64,000 bases of DNA from Thermoanaerobaculia bacterium (GTDB lineage: Bacteria > Acidobacteriota > Thermoanaerobaculia > Multivoradales > UBA5704): contig DATLOC010000053.1 in NCBI GenBank assembly GCA_035536455.1, positions 135,478-199,477 on the forward strand. Direction: 5' to 3'. Below the pieces are notes generated by a model that searched no databases, was not told where the DNA came from, and worked only from the letters and a program-made list of their open reading frames with translations. The stretch's first letter is position 1; each line of letters opens with the position of its first letter. A program made the position numbers and the translations under genes. Below are positions 9,818 to 17,143 of the stretch, piece by piece.

Positions 9818-11431
9818 TCATTGACAGGCGAACGCCTCGATGTCCTGCACCGGGAGGTACGCCTTCCCCTGCGGGTTGAAGTAGCGCCGCGTGCGCCCGG
9901 TCTGGGTGTCGGTGACGATGACCAGCACCTCGACGTCGGTCAAGCCGCTGGCGAAGAACCAGTAGTGGTCGTTGACGGCGCAGCCTTCGAGCACCTTGAC
10001 GACCAGCTCGGTGTTGTCCTCGTTGAAGAACCAGAAGCGGCCGGAGTCGGCGGTGTCCGCGACGGCGAAGCCGTGGCCGCCGACGCCGCCGGTCTTCCAG
10101 AGCGCCTCGACCTTGAAGCGTCCGCCCTGCAGGCAGAGGTTGGCGATGCCGGGGACGCAGGGGCCGCTCGCGGCGAGCGGCCCGAGCTGGCTGAAGAAGA
10201 CCAGGTCCCCGAGCGCCCGCCCGGTCTGCAAACCGACCTGGTTGTCGTACTGCCAGTGGATGCCGCCGTAGATGCGGCTCTGCCCCGCTTCGTTGGCCGC
10301 CTGCGAGAAGCTGGTGAACGAGCGCGTGACGCCCGGCAGGCCGTCGGAGCCGTCGTCGAAGGAGAAGTTGTCGGTGCCGAAGAACTGCCCGAGGACGCGC
10401 GCGGCCGCGCCGCTGAAGGTGCTGTGCCCGGAGGTGTAGGCCGGGAAGGGTGGCGTGACGATCAGCGGCGTCCAGGCGGGGTCGGCGACGGTGTTCGGGT
10501 TGCCGTCCTTGTCGGCGTTGGGGATGCCGGTGAAGGGCCGCCAGTGGTTGTAGGCGTACTTGTGGTCCCAGGAGACGATCGCCGCGTCGGCCTCGGCGAT
10601 GCTCAGCAGCGCCAGCAGGCGCGACTTCTCGAGCAGCGACAGCCCCTCCTCCTCGGCGATGTGCTGGGCGATCACCAGCCAGTGCCCGGGCGGAGTGGCC
10701 GTGCCCGCGCCATCGGCCCAGAAGAGGGCGATCTGGGTCTGCTCGGGGGTGCGCGTGCTGCCGGTGGCCCGGCCCAGGCGCTTCACCTCGTTGAAGGCGA
10801 TCGTGTACTGGACGCTGGTGAGCGAGGGCGGCGGCCCCGCCCGGAGCTGCGAGCCGGTCTGCAGCGCCCAGGGGGTGACCAGCGGCCACTGCGGCAGCAG
10901 TCCGGCGGCGAAGGCGGGACCGGTCGGGATCCACCAGTTGGCGCCGTCGATGGTGTTGTAGGCGACGACCCGGTCGTGGCCGTCGTCGACGCGCAGGGCG
11001 AGGATCTGGTCGGCCACGTCCTGCCCCCAAGCGACGCCGATGGCCGCCGCGTTGCCGTCGGCGATGGTCGCCAGCGAGGCCGCGAGGGCGGCGTCGAAGG
11101 TCGCCTGCTGCGCCGGGAAGAGCGCCGAGAGCGCGCGGTGCGCCGCGGCGGCCGCCGCGGCCTCCGGCGAGGCGCCGGCCGGGGCGTCGTCGGTGACGTG
11201 GTACGGCGAGTAGCCGCCGAGGATCCCGACCAGGGCGTCGAAGATCGAGACGTGGACGATCGCCATGGCGCGGCTGGCGCGCGGCGGCGGCGTCTTGTCG
11301 GTGCGGACGGCGTCGAGCAGCTCCTCGTTCCAGTCCGACACGACGTCGGCGCGGGCGGCGCCGGCGGCGCCGAGCAGCCCGGCGCACAGCATGAGGACGA
11401 ACAGCTTCCGAGACATGACGGCCTCCTTCAA
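9818..11431 (-). CDS. secreted PAP2-superfamily / vanadium-dependent haloperoxidase-like protein
   Basis: Signal peptide. PAP2 motifs K-x6-RP (KYAYNHWRP), SGH (YTSGHSTF) and SR-x5-H-x3-D (SRIYGGIHWQYD). Confidence 0.75.
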   Translation of the reverse strand: MKEAVMSRKLFVLMLCAGLLGAAGAARADVVSDWNEELLDAVRTDKTPPPRASRAMAIVHVSIFDALVGILGGYSPYHVTDDAPAGASPEAAAAAAAHRALSALFPAQQATFDAALAASLATIADGNAAAIGVAWGQDVADQILALRVDDGHDRVVAYNTIDGANWWIPTGPAFAAGLLPQWPLVTPWALQTGSQLRAGPPPSLTSVQYTIAFNEVKRLGRATGSTRTPEQTQIALFWADGAGTATPPGHWLVIAQHIAEEEGLSLLEKSRLLALLSIAEADAAIVSWDHKYAYNHWRPFTGIPNADKDGNPNTVADPAWTPLIVTPPFPAYTSGHSTFSGAAARVLGQFFGTDNFSFDDGSDGLPGVTRSFTSFSQAANEAGQSRIYGGIHWQYDNQVGLQTGRALGDLVFFSQLGPLAASGPCVPGIANLCLQGGRFKVEALWKTGGVGGHGFAVADTADSGRFWFFNEDNTELVVKVLEGCAVNDHYWFFASGLTDVEVLVIVTDTQTGRTRRYFNPQGKAYLPVQDIEAFACQ

Positions 11432-11563
11432 GCCACAGTTCTGATGAGCGCCGCCCCGGGGGCGGCCGCGATACGCGTTGAGCTGGAGAAGAGCCTTACA
11501 GGATTCGCCGCGGGAGTCGAGAGCGTCGCAGGCCGTATGAGCTGCGCATAACTCCTACGGGCG

Positions 11564-13018
11564 TCAGTAGCGCGGGACCGCCGGGTCGACCCGGGTGCTC
11601 CAGGCGTCGATGCCGCCGGCGAGGTTCTTGGCGCGGTCGTAGCCCATGCTCAGGAGGAAGGCGACCGCCTGCGCCGAGCGCATGCCGTGGTGGCAGTGGG
11701 CGACGATGGTGGCTGCCGGGTCGAGCTCGCCCAGACGGTCGCGCAGCTCCTGGAGCGGGATGAGCCGCGCCCCCTCGATGCGCGCGATGTCGTGCTCCTG
11801 CGGGCTCCGCACGTCGAGCACCACCAGGTCGCGCCCCTCGTCGCGCCAGCGCTTGAGCTCCTCGGGCTGCACGTCGAAGTCGTATCCCATCGCCCCCTCC
11901 GGCCGCGGCGCGACGCCGCAGAACTGCTCGTAGTCGATCAGGCCGCGCTGCGTCGGGTGCTCGGAGCAAACCGGGCAGGCGGGGTCCTTGCGCAGCTTGA
12001 GCTCGCGGAACCGCATCTTGAGGGCGTCGAAGAGGACGAGGCGCCCGATCAGCGGCTCCCCCACCCCGACGACCAGCTTCACCACCTCGTTGGCCTGCAG
12101 CGCGCCGATGATCCCGGGCAGCACGCCGAGCACCCCGCCCTCGGCGCAGGAGGGCACCAGCCCGGGCGGCGGCGGCTCCGGGAAGAGGCAGCGGTAGCAG
12201 GGCCCGCGCGCCCCCCAGAAGATCGAGACCTGCCCCTCGAAGCGGAAGATCGAGCCGTAGACGTTGGGCTTGCCGGCCAGCACGCAGGCGTCGTTGACGA
12301 GATACCGGGTGGGGAAGTTGTCGGTGCCGTCCACGACGATGTCGTAGCCGGCGAAGAGCTCGAGGGCGTTCTGCGAGGTGAGGCGGGTCTCGTGCGGCAC
12401 AAGAGTCACGTGCGGGTTGACGTCGTGCAGCCGCTCGAGCGCCGCCTGGATCTTCGGGCGGCCGACGTCCGAGCGGCCGTAGAGCACCTGGCGGTGGAGG
12501 TTCGACTCGTCGACGACGTCGAAGTCGACCAGCCCGAGCTTGCCGACGCCGGCCGCCGCGAGGTAGAGCCCCAGCGGCGACCCCAGCCCGCCGGCGCCGA
12601 TGAGCAGGACGCGCGAGGCCTTGAGCTTCCGCTGCCCCGCCGTCCCCACCTCCGGCATGATGAGGTGGCGGCTGTAGTGGCGGATCTCGGAGGGCTCCAG
12701 CTCGGGAAGGTCCGCGGCTCGCGCCGGCGGCGGCTCCGCCGCCACGCCGCCGGCAATCGACGGCACGATCGAGAGCGCGTCCCCCGCCGCCACTGGCGAG
12801 CGCTCGCGCGCCGCGAGGTAGCGCACGTCCTCGTCGTTGACGAAGACGTTGACGAAGCTGCGCAGGCGCCCGTCGTCGGTGTAGAGGTGGCGCTCGAGCC
12901 CCGGGTGGCGCCGGACGAGGTCGCGCAGCGCCTCCTCGACCGTCGCCCCCTCGACCGCGATCTCCCCCTGCTCGCCGGTGAAGCGGCGGAGCGGGGTCGG
13001 GATGTGGATGGTCGGCAT
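11564..13018 (-). CDS. moeZ: MoaD/CysO-like sulfur-carrier domain (ends ...SIAGG) fused to a MoeZ/MoeB-ThiF E1 adenylyltransferase and a C-terminal rhodanese
   Basis: The N-terminal ~90 aa are a ThiS/MoaD fold ending in GG. E1 motifs GAGGLGS, CYRC...CPVC. Rhodanese active-site CHHGMRS. Confidence 0.8.
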   Translation of the reverse strand: MPTIHIPTPLRRFTGEQGEIAVEGATVEEALRDLVRRHPGLERHLYTDDGRLRSFVNVFVNDEDVRYLAARERSPVAAGDALSIVPSIAGGVAAEPPPARAADLPELEPSEIRHYSRHLIMPEVGTAGQRKLKASRVLLIGAGGLGSPLGLYLAAAGVGKLGLVDFDVVDESNLHRQVLYGRSDVGRPKIQAALERLHDVNPHVTLVPHETRLTSQNALELFAGYDIVVDGTDNFPTRYLVNDACVLAGKPNVYGSIFRFEGQVSIFWGARGPCYRCLFPEPPPPGLVPSCAEGGVLGVLPGIIGALQANEVVKLVVGVGEPLIGRLVLFDALKMRFRELKLRKDPACPVCSEHPTQRGLIDYEQFCGVAPRPEGAMGYDFDVQPEELKRWRDEGRDLVVLDVRSPQEHDIARIEGARLIPLQELRDRLGELDPAATIVAHCHHGMRSAQAVAFLLSMGYDRAKNLAGGIDAWSTRVDPAVPRY

Positions 13019-13040
13019 CGGTGTCTCCTACTCCTACTCC

Positions 13041-13523
13041 TTAGGGTGCGCTCTCGCTCCGCTCGGGCACCGGCGGACCGGCCGTGGCACTCTCCTCCGA
13101 CTGGCGCTCGATCGGCTCCTCGACGAAGGCGGAGCGGTCGTCGGCGAGGCGCCAGCTCCGCACCTCGGAGGCCTTGCCGTCGGTCACCGCCACGATCAGG
13201 TACGACACCCCCGGCCAGGCGTTCTCGCGGTCGAACTCGCTCGGCTGCGCCGGGTGGTCGGGGTGCGAGTGGTAGTAGCCGACGATCTCGAGGCCCTCCT
13301 CGCGCGCCGCGCGCTGCGCCGCGAGCACCGTCTCCGGGCCGATGACGAAGCGGTTGCCGCGGCTCTCCTCGCGCTCGTTGTCGGCCGGCACGATCCGCTG
13401 GACCAGCAGCCGCTCACCCTCGGCCTTGCCGAGGAGGATGCCGCAGCACTCCTCGGGGTAGGCCGCGGCGGCGTGCCGCTCGATGGCGGCCAGGTCGGAG
13501 GGCACGAGGACGAGGGCGGTCAT
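13041..13523 (-). CDS. mec: JAMM/MPN+ zinc metalloprotease (Mec-like CysO-processing enzyme)
   Basis: EECCGILLG plus YYHSHPDHPAQPSEFD (JAMM). ATGA overlap with cysM. The track ORF's N-terminal extension is junk. Confidence 0.8.
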   Translation of the reverse strand: MTALVLVPSDLAAIERHAAAAYPEECCGILLGKAEGERLLVQRIVPADNEREESRGNRFVIGPETVLAAQRAAREEGLEIVGYYHSHPDHPAQPSEFDRENAWPGVSYLIVAVTDGKASEVRSWRLADDRSAFVEEPIERQSEESATAGPPVPERSESAP

Positions 13524-14506
13524 GACGGGCTCGCGGGCTCCTCCCAGAAGCGCTCGGACAGGTACTTGTCGGCGCCGTCGCAGAGGACCGTGACCAGCGT
13601 AGCACCCTCGCCGGCGCCGCCATCTCCGCCGGCGGCGAGCCGCGCCGCCAGCCGCAGCGCCGCCGCCACGTTGGCGCCCGACGAGATCCCGGCCAGCACG
13701 CCGGCCTCGCGCGCCAGGCGGCGGACCATGGCTTGCGCCTCCTCGGTCGTCACCTCCCAGGCCTCGTCGGCCAGCGCCGGGTCGTAGATCGGCGGCACGA
13801 TGGCCGAGGCCATGTGCTTCATCCCCTCGAGGCCGTGAAAGGCGCTGTCGGGCTCGACCGAGATCAGCCGCACGCCGGGCGCCCGCTCGCGGAGACACCG
13901 CCCCACCCCCATGAACGTACCGCTGGTCCCCAGGCCGGCGACGAAGTGGGTGAGGCGGCCGCCGGTCTGCGCCCAGATCTCGGGGCCGGTCGAGCGGTAG
14001 TGGGCGCCCCAGTTCTCGGGGTTGGAGTACTGGTCGAGGTAGGCGTAGCGCGCGGGGTCGGCCCCGGCGAGGCGGCGGGCCTCGAGGATGGCGCCGTCGC
14101 TCCCGGTCAGCGGGTCGGTGAGGAGCAGCTCGACGCCGTAGGCGGCGAGGATGCGCTTGCGCTCCGGGCTGGCGTTGGCCGGCAGGCAGAGCGTGACGGG
14201 GATGCCGAGAGCGGCACCGATCATGGCGTAGGCGATCCCGGTGTTGCCGGAGGTGGAATCGAGGAGCCGGCGTGGGCCGCCTGGCGCGAGGAGCCCGCGG
14301 CGGACGGCGTCCTCGATCATGGCGAGCGCCGGGCGGTCTTTGACCGAGCCGCCGGGGTTGGCCAGCTCGGCCTTGGCGTAGAGGCGGACGCGCGGGGACC
14401 CGGTCAGGTGCGAGAGGTCGAGGAGCGGGGTGCGCCCGATGAGGTCGAGCAGCCGGCGCGGCCCCGGGCCGCCGGCGGGCGAGGCTTCGTCCTCGGCCTG
14501 CGTCAT
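13520..14506 (-). CDS. cysM: cysteine synthase, CysM/CysK family (PLP-dependent)
   Basis: GGSVKDRPAL PLP lysine motif; TSGNTG; GTSGT loop. Start MTQAEDEA. Confidence 0.85.
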   Translation of the reverse strand: MTQAEDEASPAGGPGPRRLLDLIGRTPLLDLSHLTGSPRVRLYAKAELANPGGSVKDRPALAMIEDAVRRGLLAPGGPRRLLDSTSGNTGIAYAMIGAALGIPVTLCLPANASPERKRILAAYGVELLLTDPLTGSDGAILEARRLAGADPARYAYLDQYSNPENWGAHYRSTGPEIWAQTGGRLTHFVAGLGTSGTFMGVGRCLRERAPGVRLISVEPDSAFHGLEGMKHMASAIVPPIYDPALADEAWEVTTEEAQAMVRRLAREAGVLAGISSGANVAAALRLAARLAAGGDGGAGEGATLVTVLCDGADKYLSERFWEEPASPS

Positions 14507-14604
14507 GGAGAAGAGAGGAACCGGAGAGAGGGAGCTTCCACCTCCCAAGCTAACAGAGGTCGGCCGCGGGGGCAAGGGGCGGCGCGGCAGGGCCCACGCG
14601 GGAC

Positions 14605-15105
14605 TCAGTTCGCGTTCTTGTCGACCTGCTCGATCAGCGTCTCCGGCCCCGGCAGCGGCGCCACCAGCGCGGCCTCGACCGCCTCCTCCTCGAGCCCCTG
14701 CCGGTCGGAGGAGAGCCGCCAGGCCCGCGTCTCCACCACCTGGCCGGCCGAGATCGCCGTCAGCAGGTAGCTCATGCCCGGGCGCAGCGTCTCGAGCTCC
14801 AGCTCGCTCGGCGTTGCCGTGTCGCCCGCGCGCGCCAGGTAATAGCCGACGACCTCCATCCCCAGTGACTGCGCCTCGTGCGCGGCGGCGGCGTGGGTCT
14901 CGGCCGGGACCGGATCGGCGCCTTGACCTTCGCCGCCGCCGTCGGCCGGCTGCACCGCGAGGATCCGCTCGACGAAGATCTTCTCCAGGCCGTTGCGATG
15001 CGGGCGGCCGATGAGGACGCCGCAGCACTCGCCCGGGTACGTCATAGCGGCGTGGCGGCCGATGGCGTGCAGGTGAGTGGGCGAGATCACGAGATGGCAG
15101 TTCAT
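14605..15105 (-). CDS. MPN-domain protein lacking the JAMM histidines (predicted inactive paralog of Mec)
   Basis: GECCGVLIGR is conserved, but the HSHP-x7-S-x2-D position reads YYLARAGDTATPSELE. Start MNCHLVISP. Confidence 0.6.
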   Translation of the reverse strand: MNCHLVISPTHLHAIGRHAAMTYPGECCGVLIGRPHRNGLEKIFVERILAVQPADGGGEGQGADPVPAETHAAAAHEAQSLGMEVVGYYLARAGDTATPSELELETLRPGMSYLLTAISAGQVVETRAWRLSSDRQGLEEEAVEAALVAPLPGPETLIEQVDKNAN

Positions 15106-15222
15106 ACCCGGTTGCAACCCCTTCTCTCGGAGCGTCGTGGCCAGGTCGGCCACGCGGTTACGCGTCGTCACGGCCGCACTGCAAGAGCAGGGCCAGAGGC
15201 GTTTTCCTCTATCCTGCGCGGC

Positions 15223-15879
15223 ATGGACGACAGCGTCCGCACCGGCGGCGAGCGGGTGCCGCCCGGCCAGTACGTGACCGAGAAGTGGCCGGTCCTCACC
15301 TATGGCCCAGAGCCGCACGTCGAGCCGCGCGAGTGGACGCTACGCCTCTCCGGCCTCGTGGAGGACGAATTGGCGTGGAGCTGGGACGACTTCCAGGCGC
15401 TGCCGCGCGTGCGGGTGACGGCCGACTTCCACTGCGTCACCCGGTTCTCCACTCTCGACAACGCCTGGGAAGGCGTGGCTACCCGCGAGCTGCTGCGCCG
15501 GGCGCGCGTGCGGCCCGAGGCCTCGCACGTCCTCGTCCACTGCTACGGCGGCTACACCACCAACCTCCCGCTCGAGGACTTCCTCTCCGAGCGCGCGCTG
15601 GTGGCCGACACCTGGCGCGGCCAGCCGCTAGCGGTCGAACACGGCGGTCCGGCGCGGCTGGTCGTCCCCCACCTCTACGCCTGGAAGAGCGCCAAGTGGG
15701 TGAGCGGCTTCGAGCTCCTCGACGCCGACCGCCGCGGCTTCTGGGAGGAGAACGGCTACCACACCTACGGCGACCCCTGGCGCGAGGAGCGCTTCAGCTT
15801 CCAGGAAGTCAAAGAGGCCTACCAGGTCCGTCGGCGGGCGAAGGAGCTGGGGCTGGTGCCGGGCCGACCTCCTCGATGA
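15223..15879 (+). CDS. sulfite-oxidase-family molybdopterin-binding oxidoreductase domain protein (MsrP/YedY-like, short)
   Basis: TADFHCVTRFS, GYTTNLPLEDF, YAWKSAKWVSGFELLD — a pattern typical of Oxidored_molyb. 218 aa. Confidence 0.55.
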   Translation: MDDSVRTGGERVPPGQYVTEKWPVLTYGPEPHVEPREWTLRLSGLVEDELAWSWDDFQALPRVRVTADFHCVTRFSTLDNAWEGVATRELLRRARVRPEASHVLVHCYGGYTTNLPLEDFLSERALVADTWRGQPLAVEHGGPARLVVPHLYAWKSAKWVSGFELLDADRRGFWEENGYHTYGDPWREERFSFQEVKEAYQVRRRAKELGLVPGRPPR

Positions 15880-16015
15880 CGTCGCTCTCCGCCGGCGCGA
15901 GGGTGATCGTCAGCGGCCGGCCCACGGCCGCGGCTTCCTTCAAGAGGCGCAAGGACACCTCGAAGGACGGGCGTGCTCTCGGCAGGCGGTAGAAGCGGGC
16001 CGACTCGTAAAACAT
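15809..16015 (-). CDS. small hypothetical protein (MFYESARFYRLPRA...), immediately downstream of 78-bp element copy 1; an alternative start at 16090 encodes a MERMSRREMTVAHVREPPGAD leader
   Basis: Open frame only. It overlaps the 3' end of the convergent Mo-enzyme gene by ~70 nt. Confidence 0.3.
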   Translation of the reverse strand: MFYESARFYRLPRARPSFEVSLRLLKEAAAVGRPLTITLAPAESDVIEEVGPAPAPAPSPADGPGRPL

Positions 16016-16026
16016 GACCTCGACGT

Positions 16027-16104
16027 GATCCGCCCCCGGCGGCTCGCGAACGTGAGCCACCGTCATCTCGCGCCGACTCATCCGCTCCATCCTACGGGCA
16101 GGTG
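16027..16104. repeat. 78-bp element, copy 1 (2 mismatches to copy 2 at 21501-21578)
   Basis: ATCCGCCCC[C/T]GGCGGCTCGCGAACGTGAGCCACCGTCATCTCGCGCCGACTCATCCGCTCC[A/G]TCCTACGGGCAGGTGA. On the minus-strand RNA it folds CGGUGGCUC-ACGUUCGC-GAGCCGCCG. Confidence 0.8.
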
Positions 16105-17048
16105 ACCCCGTTCTTGTACCCGATCAGCGTGCCGTTCGTCGCCGTGTACGACGGATCCGTGGTGAACGTGGTGGTCGAGCCGAAGGCCGGCGTGTAGGCC
16201 GAGCCCGGCTGGATCGAGTACTTCGACACTCTGGCGTGCGGATGGCAAGCGGGGTTCTCCTGCGCGGCCAGCCAACTGCTCAGGAGCACCGGCTTGTCGA
16301 ACATGCCGGGGTCGATGACCATCGCCAGCTCGGCGCTGACGCCCAGCTTCTTGATGGTGATGCGCACCCGCACGAGGGGAGCGACGTGGTACCACCAGGT
16401 CACGCAGCAGCCGCCCCATTTGTTCGCCTGCACCGACAGCCGGTCGAAGTTGTCGACGGCAAAGCTGAACACCTTCTCGCAGCAGTAGCCGTACTGGGTG
16501 GTGATGATCCGGCGCATCTCGTGGGCGCGCGCGTAGCAACCATCCCTCACGTACTGGAACGGGATGCAGTTCGGCACGCCGAACGGCCCCGGCAGGTGAC
16601 ACGACTGTTGCGCGCAGAAGTCGAAGATCGCCTTGGCCGTCGCGTAGTTCGGGACGACGCGCTTGCAGAGCAGGAAGACCGGGATCTTCAGATAGTGCTC
16701 GACGATGTTGAAGGTCGTCGGATCGATCTTCGAGAGGTCGATGTCATGGATCTTCTCGGGCCTCTCGACGTAGGTCCGGCGGCGTTGGAACTCCTCCAGC
16801 TCCACACCGCGGAGGACGTGGATACGCCCGATGAAGCCCCGCCCCTCGTCGAGCTGAGCTTTCACCGGAGCGCCCTTCTCGAAGGCCTCCTCGAGCCGGG
16901 CCGTCGAGGCCTCGGCGGTCCTGGTGGTGGCCGACCGGAAGGTGTAGATCCGCTGCTTCTCGTTGAACAGATACTCGGTCTCCTGCTCGCCCCTGCCCCT
17001 GCGAATGGCGGCGATCGTCAGGAGCTCCTCGCGCGGTTCCCTGGTCAT
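16092..17048 (-). CDS. protein-glutamine glutaminase (protein glutaminase, Cys-His-Asp) with an N-terminal pro-region and no recognisable signal peptide
   Basis: FQYVRDGCYARAHEMRRII...CCEKVF...GGCCVTWWYHVAPLV...VIDPGMF parallels the Chryseobacterium protein-glutaminase catalytic core (…VDGCYARAHKM…CEKQF…CCVAWSYHVA…IIDPSLF). Confidence 0.75.
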   Translation of the reverse strand: MTREPREELLTIAAIRRGRGEQETEYLFNEKQRIYTFRSATTRTAEASTARLEEAFEKGAPVKAQLDEGRGFIGRIHVLRGVELEEFQRRRTYVERPEKIHDIDLSKIDPTTFNIVEHYLKIPVFLLCKRVVPNYATAKAIFDFCAQQSCHLPGPFGVPNCIPFQYVRDGCYARAHEMRRIITTQYGYCCEKVFSFAVDNFDRLSVQANKWGGCCVTWWYHVAPLVRVRITIKKLGVSAELAMVIDPGMFDKPVLLSSWLAAQENPACHPHARVSKYSIQPGSAYTPAFGSTTTFTTDPSYTATNGTLIGYKNGVTCP

Positions 17049-17143
17049 CTCGAGCCTCCTCTTGCCATGGTCCTATGGCGTCCGGACGGCAGGCTGCGTT
17101 ACGCATGCTGAGCCGCTTGACCAGGTGACCACCGGTCACTACC

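Noticed and set aside
13520-15028. Long N-terminal extensions of track ORFs (for example cysM 13520..15028, JAMM 13041..13898, RND 23505..28547, membrane protein 1216..2421, glutaminase-adjacent ORFs)
   Set aside because: The extensions are Arg/Gly/Pro-rich runs overlapping the upstream gene in another frame. Internal starts with RBS or 4-nt stop/start overlaps fit the conserved domains.
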